Of a stretch of DNA of 64,000 bases, positions 29,997 through 40,504 are shown piece after piece. The DNA comes from an uncultured Bacilli bacterium. GTDB taxonomy: Bacteria > Bacillota_I > Bacilli_A > RF39 > UBA660. The notes under the pieces were generated by a model. That model had not been told where the DNA came from. It saw nothing but the letters and a program-made list of their open reading frames with translations, and searched no databases. The number at the start of each line of letters is the position of its first letter. Position 1 is the first letter of the stretch. The stretch spans positions 36,441-100,440 of the forward strand of contig CAKOPG010000001.1 of NCBI GenBank assembly GCA_934098745.1, written 5' to 3'. A program made the position numbers and the translations under genes.

Positions 29997-31173
29997 GAAG
30001 AAATGGATTGGTATTTTGGTGTTCATTGTACTTATTCTATTGATAATTGGAATAAAAACATTTAGTGGATCAAGTACAATAGGTAATTTAACGACTGTTT
30101 ATGTAGCTACAGGTGGCGGAAAAGAAGATTTTCTATCTGATGAAAGAGTTCAAGAAATACTAAGAAAAAAATATAAATTAAATGTAGTATTCGATACTTG
30201 GAGTAATGGTAAAACAATAACGAAACCATTAATAAGAGAATCTGTTAAATTAGGTAATGAGAGTATAATTAATAGGATTAATAATGGAGAAGATATAACT
30301 ATTAATACTAGTGGGGTTACTAAGTATGATGTATTGTTTACTTCAGATCAAAGATTTTATGATTATTATAAGTTATCTCCAAATAAAGAAAATGGTGAAG
30401 CTGATAGGTATACGGTGTTAGCAGGAGGGTTAACGTTAAATACACCAATTGTGGTATATAGTTGGAAAGAAGTAGTTAATGCTTTGATAAATGAAAATAT
30501 TGTTACAGAAACTGATGGAGTATATTATATAACTGATATGAATAAGTTAATAGATTATATACTAAGTAATAAGAAATGGAGTGATATAGGATTAAATGAT
30601 TTATATGGTAATATTAATATAGCATCTACTGATCCAGTATCATCTAGTCCTGGAGCAACTTATTATGGATTACTTTTATCAGTATTAAGTAATGGACAGA
30701 TATCTGATGATAATATAGATGAAAATTTAGTAAAATTAAAACAATTTTATCAGAAATCTGGTTATATGAATAATACGCCAGCTGATTTATTTGAAAGATA
30801 TTTAAAAACAGGTATGGGTGGAGAACCAATGATTGTTGATTATGAAAAAAGTATAATAGATTTTGCTAATTCTAATCCTAATGGGTTTAATCAAGTAAAA
30901 GATGATATTGTGGTATTATATCCTAAACCTACTATATGGAATTCACATTGTTTAACAATATTTACAGAGAATGGTAAGAAGTTATATGATGCTTTTGAGG
31001 ATCCTGAAATAGGACAGATAGCGTGGGAAAAATATGGATTTAGAACAGGTATTTCTGGAGGAACATATGATGTATCTACGATTGGAATTGGCGTACCACA
31101 AAATATAACTAGTACAGTTACAAGTTTAAAAATGGATTATTATAATAAATTAATAGATTATTTAAAAAATTAG
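29989..31173 (+). CDS. Membrane-anchored solute-binding-protein-like protein, paralogous to the N-terminal domain of the vWA protein
   Basis: N-terminal TM. VYVATGGGKEDF and ASTDPVSSSPGATYYGLL, compare PSATKTNTGATAYIGFL in the 27766 gene. Confidence 0.5.
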   Translation: MDKKKWIGILVFIVLILLIIGIKTFSGSSTIGNLTTVYVATGGGKEDFLSDERVQEILRKKYKLNVVFDTWSNGKTITKPLIRESVKLGNESIINRINNGEDITINTSGVTKYDVLFTSDQRFYDYYKLSPNKENGEADRYTVLAGGLTLNTPIVVYSWKEVVNALINENIVTETDGVYYITDMNKLIDYILSNKKWSDIGLNDLYGNINIASTDPVSSSPGATYYGLLLSVLSNGQISDDNIDENLVKLKQFYQKSGYMNNTPADLFERYLKTGMGGEPMIVDYEKSIIDFANSNPNGFNQVKDDIVVLYPKPTIWNSHCLTIFTENGKKLYDAFEDPEIGQIAWEKYGFRTGISGGTYDVSTIGIGVPQNITSTVTSLKMDYYNKLIDYLKN

Positions 31174-31184
31174 GAGTGAGGAAT

Positions 31185-32324
31185 ATGGAATTAAAGGTAG
31201 AGAATAAAATATCTGCACAAACGGCAGAGAAGTTAACCGAGAATGTGGGAAAGATAACTGATGAGAAGATAGAAAAATCATTAAATTATGATGAACTGTC
31301 TAAAGAAGAACAGAAGGCTGTTGATGAATTTAATGCTAAGATAGATGTTATGGATTCAACGCAAGTATTACAATATGGAGCTAGTGCTCAAAATAAGATA
31401 AGTGAATTTTCTGATTCAGTACTTGAAGATGTTAAAACTAAGAATGTAGGGGACGTCGGAGATTTATTAGCAAATTTAGTATCTGAAATTAAGTCATTCG
31501 ATTCAGCAATCAATAAATCTTCACCAAAAGGATTGGCAAAGTTATTTCATAGTTTTAAAAAGGAAGTAAATTATATTGTTGCTAAATATAACAAAATAGA
31601 AAACAATATTGATACTATTGAAAAAGGACTTGAAAGTAATAAATTACAATTATTAAAAGATATTAATTTATTTGATACGATGTATGAGAAAAATTTAGAT
31701 TATTTTAAAGAAATATCTTTATATATAATTGCTGGTGAGAGAAAACTTGAAGAATTAAAGACTAAAGTATTACCAGAATTAAAGAAAAAAGCGCAGGAGT
31801 CTAATGATCAAATAGAAATACAAAAAGTAAATGATATGGAGACGCAAATAAATAGATTTGAAAAGAAATTATATGATTTAAAAACAACTAGAATTATTTC
31901 TATTCAAATGGCTCCACAAATTAGATTACTTCAAAATAATGATGCTGAATTAGTAGAAAAGATTCAAAGTTCAATTACTAATACAATTCCTTTATGGAAA
32001 AATCAGATAGTATTGGCACTAGGAATAAATAATTCTAAGAAGGCATTAAAACAACAGCAAGCAGTATCAGAATTAACTAATGATATGTTAAAGAAAAATA
32101 GTGAGACTTTGAAACAAGGTTCTATTGATATAGCAAAAGAATCTGAGAAAGCTATTATTGATATTGAAACATTAAAGAAAACTAATAAAGATATAATTGA
32201 TACATTAGATACTGTTATTAAGATTCATGAAGATGGTAGAGTTAAACGTGCTGAAGCAGAAAAAGAACTTGAAACTATTGAGAAAGAATTAAAAGATAAG
32301 TTATTAGAAATAAATGTAAAATAA
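31185..32324 (+). CDS. telA: TelA-like toxic anion resistance protein
   Basis: DSTQVLQYGASAQNKISEFSDSVLEDVKTKNVGDVGDLL matches the TelA/KlaA family core. RBS TAGGAGTGAGG. The ORF-track start at 31176 is a GTG. Confidence 0.7.
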   Translation: MELKVENKISAQTAEKLTENVGKITDEKIEKSLNYDELSKEEQKAVDEFNAKIDVMDSTQVLQYGASAQNKISEFSDSVLEDVKTKNVGDVGDLLANLVSEIKSFDSAINKSSPKGLAKLFHSFKKEVNYIVAKYNKIENNIDTIEKGLESNKLQLLKDINLFDTMYEKNLDYFKEISLYIIAGERKLEELKTKVLPELKKKAQESNDQIEIQKVNDMETQINRFEKKLYDLKTTRIISIQMAPQIRLLQNNDAELVEKIQSSITNTIPLWKNQIVLALGINNSKKALKQQQAVSELTNDMLKKNSETLKQGSIDIAKESEKAIIDIETLKKTNKDIIDTLDTVIKIHEDGRVKRAEAEKELETIEKELKDKLLEINVK

Positions 32325-32367
32325 AAATAAAGCATAGTAATATGCTTTTATTTATAAGGGATGAATT

Positions 32368-33948
32368 ATGAATAATCGAGTTAATTTTAATGAAATATAT
32401 GAGGATTTTTTTGGGAAAAATGCTAATCTTGTATTAAATAGTAATGAAACAAATAAAGAAGAAATAATATCAATAGATGAATACAGTAATAAAATAGATA
32501 GGATGTATTTATCTGATTCATCAAAAGAATTATTAAAGAAGATAATTAATTATATGGCTAATTATAAAGAAGATAATATTTATGTTAATTTTAATATAAT
32601 AATAGAATCTAAGAATAAAGAATTAATTAAAGATATAATTGATCTAATTAATAGTGTAGGTTTATCAAGTAAATATATTAAAGGAAATGGTATAAGTAAT
32701 ATATCATTATATAGATTAGAAGTTATAAATATATTTGAAGAATCTTATAATAATCATAGTATGATAATATTAAGTGATTTAGAGGGGTTATCATTACATG
32801 ATACAAATTATAATAAGAAGATATTATATATAATTAAAGAACATTTAAAAGATAAGAAAATAACAATAATTACAGGAAATAAGAATGAGATAAATAATTT
32901 GTTTTTAGATGATATAGAAGAGAAAAATAATTGTTTTAATTTTATTCTTACAGAGATATTACCAAAAAGTAATGAAATAGTAGAAAATATTATAGATAGT
33001 TTACCAAATAATTTAGTTAATGATAAGTTTAGAATAGATTTATTAAATTATATTGAAGAGACATTTATAAAGAGTGGATTAGATTATCCAACATATAGAG
33101 ATAATCTATGTAGATATATTACATTTAATCAAGAATTACCTAAGTTATATATAAATAAAACAACTGAAGAAATATTTAGAGAGTTAAATTCACTAGTGGG
33201 ATTGACTAAAGTTAAGAAATCATTATATGATCTAGTAGATTTAATTACTTTGAAGAATAAAACTAAAGGGGATTTAAAATTAAATAATATAAATTTGCAT
33301 ATGTTATTTTTAGGTAATCCAGGTACAGGTAAGACAACAGTAGCTAGAATGTTAAGTAATATTTTATATAATTTAAAGTATATTAGACAGAATAAATTAA
33401 TAGAGGTTAGTTCTAAAGATCTAGTTGCTGAATATGTTGGACAGACAGCTCCTAAAACAATGGCAGTAATTAACAAGGCATTAGGAGGAATATTATTTAT
33501 TGATGAAGCATATTCTTTGGCGGTAGATAAAAATAATTCTTATAATGCTGAAGCTATCGCTACCTTGATAAAAGCAATGGAAGATTATCGAGATGACTTG
33601 GTAGTAATATTTGCTGGATATACCAAAGAGATGCAAGATTTTATAAATTCTAATTCTGGTATAGCTTCAAGAATTGGATATACATTTACTTTTGATGATT
33701 ATACTAATGAAGAATTAAAGAAAATATTTACTAATATGATGGAAAAATCAGGATTTAAAGTAGTACAAGAAGCATTAGTTAAATTAGATGATATAATTAA
33801 TAAAGAAAGATTAAATAACAATTTTGGTAATGCAAGATTTATTAGAAATGTATATGAGAAAACTATTATTAATCATGCTACAAATACTAAGAATATTAAA
33901 GATAAAAATAAATTAAAAACAATAACAGAAGATGATATAATTATTTAA
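32368..33948 (+). CDS. AAA+ ATPase of the CbbX/SpoVK family with an approximately 260-aa N-terminal domain of unknown function
   Basis: Walker A LGNPGTGKTTVA; Walker B ILFIDEAYSL; sensor and arginine-finger region typical of SpoVK/CbbX. Confidence 0.7.
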   Translation: MNNRVNFNEIYEDFFGKNANLVLNSNETNKEEIISIDEYSNKIDRMYLSDSSKELLKKIINYMANYKEDNIYVNFNIIIESKNKELIKDIIDLINSVGLSSKYIKGNGISNISLYRLEVINIFEESYNNHSMIILSDLEGLSLHDTNYNKKILYIIKEHLKDKKITIITGNKNEINNLFLDDIEEKNNCFNFILTEILPKSNEIVENIIDSLPNNLVNDKFRIDLLNYIEETFIKSGLDYPTYRDNLCRYITFNQELPKLYINKTTEEIFRELNSLVGLTKVKKSLYDLVDLITLKNKTKGDLKLNNINLHMLFLGNPGTGKTTVARMLSNILYNLKYIRQNKLIEVSSKDLVAEYVGQTAPKTMAVINKALGGILFIDEAYSLAVDKNNSYNAEAIATLIKAMEDYRDDLVVIFAGYTKEMQDFINSNSGIASRIGYTFTFDDYTNEELKKIFTNMMEKSGFKVVQEALVKLDDIINKERLNNNFGNARFIRNVYEKTIINHATNTKNIKDKNKLKTITEDDIII

Positions 33949-34016
33949 GATTATTATTTAGAGAGATAAGTATTAATATTTAGAATTTAATTGCATAGTT
34001 TTTACTAGGTGAGAAA

Positions 34017-35162
34017 ATGAAAAAAATATGGATATTTATCTTTTTAATTTTGTTTATACCTGTAAGAGTACATGGAGAAGAATTAAATTTGGCAGAGAAT
34101 GCTAAAAGTGCAATAATGATTGAGGCAACTACGGGAGAAATATTATATCAGAAGAATGCTAATGAAAGATTGGCTCCGGCTTCGATGACAAAGATTATGT
34201 CTTTAATTTTGATAATGGAAAACATTGAAAAAGGTAATTTAAAATGGAATGATATAGTGGTAGTATCTAAGAATGCTGCTTCGATGGGTGGAAGTCAAAT
34301 ATTTCTTGAAGCTAACGAAATGATGACGGTTGAAGACTTGGTTAAGGGAATATGTATTGCAAGTGGAAATGACGCCACGGTAGCTTTAGCTGAAAAAATA
34401 GCTGGTACCGAAACAGCATTTGTTAAATTAATGAATGAGAAGGCTAAGAGTTTGGGACTTAAAAATACTAATTTTGTCAATGCTACAGGTCTTGATGCAG
34501 AGGGTCATTATTCTACGGCTAATGATATGGCGGTAATGGCTAGGGAATTGGTTAAACATGAAAAAATATTAGAATTTTCATCAATATATGAAGATTATTT
34601 AAGAAAAAATACAAGTAAAAGTTTTTGGTTAGTTAATACGAATAAATTAGTAAAATTTTATTCCTATATAGATGGGCTTAAAACAGGATTTACTAATAAT
34701 GCTGGTTATTGTTTAACAGCTACCGGTAAGAAGAAAGATATGCGTTTAATTAGTGTTGTAATGGGAGAAGCAAGTACTGATAAAAGAAGTACAGATACTT
34801 TAGCGATGCTCGATTATGGATTTAATATGTATAATATAGATAAAGTTGTTGATAAAAATAATTCTTTAGGAAAGATAAAAGTTAATTTAGGTAAGGAAGA
34901 AGAAGTAGATATTAAAGCAATGGATGATATTACTATTTTAAATAATACTCAAAAAGATAAAAGAAATGTTACATATGAAATAAAAACAGATGATATTAAT
35001 GCTCCGGTAAAAGTTGGAGATATTATAGGTAAGATAGAAGTATATGAGAATGGTAATTATAAATTTTCGACAGATATTACTGTTAGTAAGGATATAGAAA
35101 AAGCTAATATATTTAAGATTTTTTTAAGAAATTTAAGAGATGTCTTTAGTATAAATATATAA
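34017..35162 (+). CDS. dacA: Serine-type D-alanyl-D-alanine carboxypeptidase (PBP5-like)
   Basis: Signal peptide; SMTK (SxxK); SGND (SxN); KTG. Confidence 0.8.
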   Translation: MKKIWIFIFLILFIPVRVHGEELNLAENAKSAIMIEATTGEILYQKNANERLAPASMTKIMSLILIMENIEKGNLKWNDIVVVSKNAASMGGSQIFLEANEMMTVEDLVKGICIASGNDATVALAEKIAGTETAFVKLMNEKAKSLGLKNTNFVNATGLDAEGHYSTANDMAVMARELVKHEKILEFSSIYEDYLRKNTSKSFWLVNTNKLVKFYSYIDGLKTGFTNNAGYCLTATGKKKDMRLISVVMGEASTDKRSTDTLAMLDYGFNMYNIDKVVDKNNSLGKIKVNLGKEEEVDIKAMDDITILNNTQKDKRNVTYEIKTDDINAPVKVGDIIGKIEVYENGNYKFSTDITVSKDIEKANIFKIFLRNLRDVFSINI

Positions 35163-35255
35163 TACTTAGAATGTTAATTCTAGGTATTTTTTTAGTTTCT
35201 TGGCTTTTATAATTATTTATGTTATAATATAATTATTAAGATTGGAGGATGTATT

Positions 35256-35822
35256 ATGAAGAAGAAATTTATTTTGATAGGCGGATTATTTGCTATTATT
35301 ATGGTAATTGTTGGCTTAGTAATGATATTTAATGGTAAAAAGGTAGAGAGCAATATTAAGACGGTTGCTGATATTGAAAAGATGTTTAATAATATTTATA
35401 ATGGGGTTTCATTACCTGCGATTGAAACTATAGAAGTTGAAGTAAATGAAGATAATGTAAAAGCTTATACTGGTTTATCATCTGCGGTAGATATTGAAAA
35501 AATGGTTGTATCTGAGCCAATGATGAATGCTCAAGCATATTCAGCTGTAACGATTATTGTAAAAGACGGTTCTGATATAGAAAAAATAAAGCAAGAAATA
35601 TTAGATAATATTAATATGCAGAAATGGATATGTGTTTCAGCAGAACAATTATATATAACTAATAATGGCAATGTAATATTTTTAGTTATGGCTTCTGATG
35701 AATGGGCTAAGCCTGTTTATGAAAATTTTAAAGAGTATGTTAATAATGAAATTGGTAAAGAATTACATAGAGAAAATAAGGAAGAAAATATAGAACTTCC
35801 ACCTGAACGACCAATAGTATAG
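35256..35822 (+). CDS. Membrane-anchored hypothetical protein
   Basis: N-terminal TM; no confident family call. Confidence 0.4.
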   Translation: MKKKFILIGGLFAIIMVIVGLVMIFNGKKVESNIKTVADIEKMFNNIYNGVSLPAIETIEVEVNEDNVKAYTGLSSAVDIEKMVVSEPMMNAQAYSAVTIIVKDGSDIEKIKQEILDNINMQKWICVSAEQLYITNNGNVIFLVMASDEWAKPVYENFKEYVNNEIGKELHRENKEENIELPPERPIV

Positions 35823-35860
35823 AAGCACCTTATGGGTGCTTTATTTCTAAGGAGGGTAAT

Positions 35861-37252
35861 ATGTTATTTACAAGTATTAGTTTTTTGTATTATTTTTTGC
35901 CAATAGTTTTATTGTTTTATTTCATCTTACCAAATAAATTTAAGAATGTTGTTTTATTTTTAGCATCGATGTTCTTTTATTTCTATGGAGAACCTAAATA
36001 TATATTTTTAATGTTATTTGAAATATTAGTTGCTTATATTGGAGCTATTTTAATAGATAAATATAGAAGTAAAACAATTTTTATAATTATTCTTATAATT
36101 CATATTGGTCTTTTAGGAATATTTAAGTATACAGATTTTTTTATTCAAAATATTAATAATATATTTAAAAGTAATCTTTCACTTTTAAGAATAATTTTAC
36201 CAATAGGAATATCTTTTTATACATTTCAAATTATTAGTTATATTGTTGATGTTTATAATGGCAAAGTTAGAGTACAAAAAAGTTTTTTAAAGTTAGCTAC
36301 TTATATTGCTTTATTTCCGCAACTAATTGCGGGACCTATTGTTCGTTATGAAACTATAGAAAATGAATTAGATAATCGAACTCACAGTATCGATGATTTT
36401 GCAATTGGAGCAAGGCGTTTTACAATGGGATTAGTTAAAAAGGTTTTAATAGCTAATGCTTTGGGGGAACTTTGTTCTAAATTTGGTTTGGAAATGGAAC
36501 GTAGTGTGTTATTTTATTGGATTAATGCAATTAGTTATATGTTACAAATTTATTTTGATTTTTCAGCTTATTCGGATATGGCAATTGGTCTTGGAAGAAT
36601 GTTGGGATTTCATTTTTTAGAGAATTTTAATTATCCTTACATTTCTAAAAGTATAACAGAATTTTGGCGGAGGTGGCATATTTCTTTAGGTTCTTGGTTT
36701 CGTGATTATGTTTATATTCCTTTAGGAGGTAATCGCAAAGGTAAATTAATTTTACTTAGAAATATTTTAATTGTTTGGTTTTTAACAGGATTTTGGCATG
36801 GAGCTAGTTGGAATTTTGTTATTTGGGGATTAATGTTTGGTATTCTTCTTATTATAGAAAAATTGTGGATAGGTAAATATTTAGAAAAATTACCTAAATT
36901 TGTACAAAGATTATATGTTTTATTTATTGTTATGATTAGTTTTATTATTTTTAATGCTGATAATATGAAGATTGCTTTTAAAAATATAAGAGGATTATTT
37001 GGTTTGAATGGTGAAAGTTTTATAAATGATTATACTATTTATAATATAAAAAGTTATGCTATTGTTTTAATTATTGCTATAATAGGGGCAACACCTTTGT
37101 TTAAAAATATAATAGCAAGATTAAAGAAAAATAAGTTTATGAATAGAACAATTAATATTTTAGAACCAATATTTATGATTATTTTATTATTAATTGTAAC
37201 GGCTTATTTAGTTGATAATTCTTATAATCCATTTTTATATTTTAGATTTTAG
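35861..37252 (+). CDS. MBOAT-family membrane O-acyltransferase (AlgI/DltB-like)
   Basis: Polytopic protein; FWRRWHISLGSWFRDYVYIPLGGNRKG with the conserved His. Confidence 0.85.
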   Translation: MLFTSISFLYYFLPIVLLFYFILPNKFKNVVLFLASMFFYFYGEPKYIFLMLFEILVAYIGAILIDKYRSKTIFIIILIIHIGLLGIFKYTDFFIQNINNIFKSNLSLLRIILPIGISFYTFQIISYIVDVYNGKVRVQKSFLKLATYIALFPQLIAGPIVRYETIENELDNRTHSIDDFAIGARRFTMGLVKKVLIANALGELCSKFGLEMERSVLFYWINAISYMLQIYFDFSAYSDMAIGLGRMLGFHFLENFNYPYISKSITEFWRRWHISLGSWFRDYVYIPLGGNRKGKLILLRNILIVWFLTGFWHGASWNFVIWGLMFGILLIIEKLWIGKYLEKLPKFVQRLYVLFIVMISFIIFNADNMKIAFKNIRGLFGLNGESFINDYTIYNIKSYAIVLIIAIIGATPLFKNIIARLKKNKFMNRTINILEPIFMIILLLIVTAYLVDNSYNPFLYFRF

Positions 37253-37260
37253 GAGGATTT

Positions 37261-38340
37261 ATGATAGAGAAAAATAAAAATATTGTTGTTACGATTATCT
37301 TTTCTTTGTTTCTATTTAGTTTTTTCTTAGTTAATATCTTTAAAGAGGATGCGAAGGTGTCAGTATCTGAAAGACGAAAGTTAGAACAATTTCCTGAATT
37401 TTCTTTTAAATCTTTATTTGATGGGACTTTTTTTCGGAAGTTTGATAGTTATACGACAGATCAGTTTGTTATGCGTGATGATTTTAGATTATTAAAAGTT
37501 AATTTAGAATTGAATATAAAACATAATTATGATGATTTATATGTTTATAATGATTATATAGTTAAACAACTGTATCCAATATCTGAAAATTCGATTATAC
37601 ATTTAACAAATAAAATTGATTTTATTAAAGAAAATTATTTAAAAAATAATGAGATTTATTTTAGTATTATTCCGGATAAGAATTATTTTATTTCTAATGG
37701 TAATTTAAAGATTGATTATGAAAAAATGGAAATGATTATGAAAACAAATTTAGATTATGCTCATTATATTGATATTTTTGATTTATTATCTTTAGACAAT
37801 TATTACAAGACAGATACACATTGGAAACAAGAAATGTTAAGAGATGTTGCTAAAGAATTTGCTGATTGTATGGATTTTACTATATCTGATAATTATAAAA
37901 TAGAAAAAGTAACTGATTTTTTGGGTGTTTATGCTGGACAATTACCCATTAAAAGTGATTATGAAGAAGTAAATATTTTACTTAATGATACGATTAAAAA
38001 TAGTAAGGTTTATAATTATGAAAATAATAAAATAACGGATATTTATGATTTTACTAAGATTAATTCAATTGATAAATATGATGTTTATTTATCGGGAGCC
38101 GTTTCTTTACTTACTATAACAAATAATATAACTGATAGTGAACGTGAACTTATTGTTTTTAGGGATTCTTATGGTAGTAGTTTAATTCCGTTATTTACTT
38201 CAGGATATAAAAAAATAACGGTTGTTGATACGCGTTATATTTCTCCGAAGATATTAAATCAATTTATTAAATTTACTGATCAAGATGTTTTGTTTCTTTA
38301 TAGTACTTTATTAATTAATGATAGTTCATCTTTAAAATAA
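37261..38340 (+). CDS. DHHW-motif protein (AlgJ/AlgX-like MBOAT partner)
   Basis: N-terminal TM; YYKTDTHW motif; immediately downstream of the MBOAT gene. Confidence 0.6.
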   Translation: MIEKNKNIVVTIIFSLFLFSFFLVNIFKEDAKVSVSERRKLEQFPEFSFKSLFDGTFFRKFDSYTTDQFVMRDDFRLLKVNLELNIKHNYDDLYVYNDYIVKQLYPISENSIIHLTNKIDFIKENYLKNNEIYFSIIPDKNYFISNGNLKIDYEKMEMIMKTNLDYAHYIDIFDLLSLDNYYKTDTHWKQEMLRDVAKEFADCMDFTISDNYKIEKVTDFLGVYAGQLPIKSDYEEVNILLNDTIKNSKVYNYENNKITDIYDFTKINSIDKYDVYLSGAVSLLTITNNITDSERELIVFRDSYGSSLIPLFTSGYKKITVVDTRYISPKILNQFIKFTDQDVLFLYSTLLINDSSSLK

Positions 38341-38543
38341 TTTATGTGCTGATATATCGGAATATAAACTATTAATAATATTTATTATTTTAAAATATAT
38401 GATTCAAATGTATAGATAAATTATATTAATTATGATTAAAGAATATTTAGATATTATGCAAGGCATTCTTTTTAAATAAATTTATATTATTTCATGATAT
38501 AATATGTGTAGAAGTGATAAAAGAGAAAAATGGAGGAATAAAT

Positions 38544-39104
38544 ATGAAAAAAACAATGTTAGCTATTTTAATATGTGGAGTTATGGTTTTAGGTTTGTCT
38601 GGATGTGGTAAATCTTCTTTAGAAAATGATAAAAAGAATTTACAAGAAAGTCAAGAAAAGTATGGGGCTGTTGAAAAAGAAACTGTTGATGAATTAGTTG
38701 CAAAATTTAATACAGAAGTAGTTGATAATAGTTCGTTAAATCCGGCATCAACTGATTATTTAACTGAAAGTGATAAACAATATTGGTATGGATTAATAGA
38801 GGGGATTTATTTGGTAGTTGTTCCGGAAGATTATACAGGAGATAAAACAACTGAAATTGTGAATTATATGCTTTTATATGTAAATAAAACTAGTGAATAT
38901 GAGTCAGATGCTATTTCATATATTAAATATTTAATTAAAGCAAATAATAAGCAAATTACTGATACAGAAATTGATACATTATTAGAGGATGTAAGAACAA
39001 AAGCTAATTCTGGTAAAATAGCAAATAATGGAAAAGGTATTTCTATTGGTTATACAGAAAATGATGAAGTATATCAATATCAAGTTTTAAGATTATATAA
39101 GTAA
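38544..39104 (+). CDS. Lipoprotein
   Basis: MKKTMLAILICGVMVLGLSGC lipobox; RBS GGAGG. The ORF-track start at 38514 lies upstream. Confidence 0.6.
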   Translation: MKKTMLAILICGVMVLGLSGCGKSSLENDKKNLQESQEKYGAVEKETVDELVAKFNTEVVDNSSLNPASTDYLTESDKQYWYGLIEGIYLVVVPEDYTGDKTTEIVNYMLLYVNKTSEYESDAISYIKYLIKANNKQITDTEIDTLLEDVRTKANSGKIANNGKGISIGYTENDEVYQYQVLRLYK

Positions 39105-39131
39105 TTATAATGTGTAGGAAAGAAAAAGATA

Positions 39132-39632
39132 ATGACAGATGAATTTATATGTAAAATAGCTAATTTATGTGAAATGAATACTAAATGGGATTACGAAATA
39201 AGTATAGCTGATGATAAGAGTAATTGGAAAATATGGAAAGTTAAGAATATTGAAAGATTTAAAAAAGGTTTAATTATTCCATATTATGGAGTATTAAATG
39301 GCCAAATAATTTGTGAAGCAACGGCTATGTTAGACGCTAATATAATGCAAAATAGTACTGATTTAATAGGAAATGGAGTAGTATATTTATCTGGATTTAG
39401 AACAAATAAAGAATATCAAGAAAAAGGTTATTTTTCTAAACTGTTTAAATATATGATTAATGATTTAAAAGAAAAGGGATATACAAAGGTAACTTTAGGG
39501 GTAGAACCAAAAGAATTAAAAAATAAAGAGATATATAATCATTATGGATTTACGGAATATATAAAAACATCTTATGAAACATATCCGGATGGAACTAAAA
39601 TTAAAGTAGAATATTATGGAAAAAATATATAG
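39132..39632 (+). CDS. GNAT-family N-acetyltransferase (probable)
   Basis: GYFSKLFKYMINDLKEKGYTKVTLGVE resembles the GNAT core. Confidence 0.45.
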   Translation: MTDEFICKIANLCEMNTKWDYEISIADDKSNWKIWKVKNIERFKKGLIIPYYGVLNGQIICEATAMLDANIMQNSTDLIGNGVVYLSGFRTNKEYQEKGYFSKLFKYMINDLKEKGYTKVTLGVEPKELKNKEIYNHYGFTEYIKTSYETYPDGTKIKVEYYGKNI

Positions 39633-39873
39633 AAATATTTTATAAATTACTATTTTGAAATAAGTAAGATAGAAGTATATGAAGAATGATAAGTATAAAT
39701 TCATTGTATTTATTAAAGAAAATAACATAGAACTTTATAGTAGGTATTTGAATAATAACTAAAAAGCAAATGAATGTGATTGAAGAAAAAAGTAATTGGC
39801 AATAGGACTTGGAAGATGGAACTTATTAATAGTTGAATTAATTATTTATTTAATTTTAAAAAATATAATTTTG

Positions 39874-39945
39874 TGATATAATAATTTAGACATTAAATGC
39901 TGTCTAGTCTATGTCTGCGACTAGATGGTATTTTTTCATTTTTTA
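39874..39945 (+). promoter_or_regulatory. Leader with an extended -10 element and two overlapping, mutually exclusive hairpins (attenuator-like) upstream of the DUF2798-like gene
   Basis: TGaTATAAT at 39874-39882. Hairpin A: tagaca (39887-92) / tgtcta (39901-06). Hairpin B: tctagtc (39903-09) / gactaga (39919-25) followed by a T-rich run. Confidence 0.35.
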
Positions 39946-39988
39946 GAAAAAGTACCAATGATTTTTTAGAGAAAGGAGGTAGGATGTA

Positions 39989-40363
39989 ATGCCTAAAACA
40001 AAGTTGCAAAATTTTATATTTACGTTGATGACTGCTATTTTAATGGCTTACTTTATGATAGTTTATAGTGTAGCAATAAATTCTAAAGAAGGTTTAATAA
40101 ATCAAACTTTTTTAATAGCATTAAAAGAATTTCCATTAGAGGGAATTTTAGTCTTTGTATTAGCGTATTTTGTTGCAAGTCCTATGGCCAAAAAATTAGC
40201 CTTTAGGATAGTAAATCCTAAAGAGGATAATAAGATGTATATTATTTTATCAATTCAAACATTTACGGTATTAATTATGGTAGGATTAATGAGTGTGTAC
40301 GCCTTATTTATTCAGCACTTAATTAATAGTAATATTATATGTAATTATATAAAGAATAGATAG
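39989..40363 (+). CDS. Small polytopic membrane protein (DUF2798-like)
   Basis: Four hydrophobic segments; RBS GAAAGGAGG. Confidence 0.45.
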   Translation: MPKTKLQNFIFTLMTAILMAYFMIVYSVAINSKEGLINQTFLIALKEFPLEGILVFVLAYFVASPMAKKLAFRIVNPKEDNKMYIILSIQTFTVLIMVGLMSVYALFIQHLINSNIICNYIKNR

Positions 40364-40504
40364 TTTAAAATATTTAGTATAACAAGTTTGTTAATATAAA
40401 GATAAATACTTAGAATATTAATTCTAGGTATTTTTATATATGGGGTAATAAATTTTATGGTAGAATAATATATAGAAGAAATAATTTTGAAATGAGGTTG
40501 TAAT

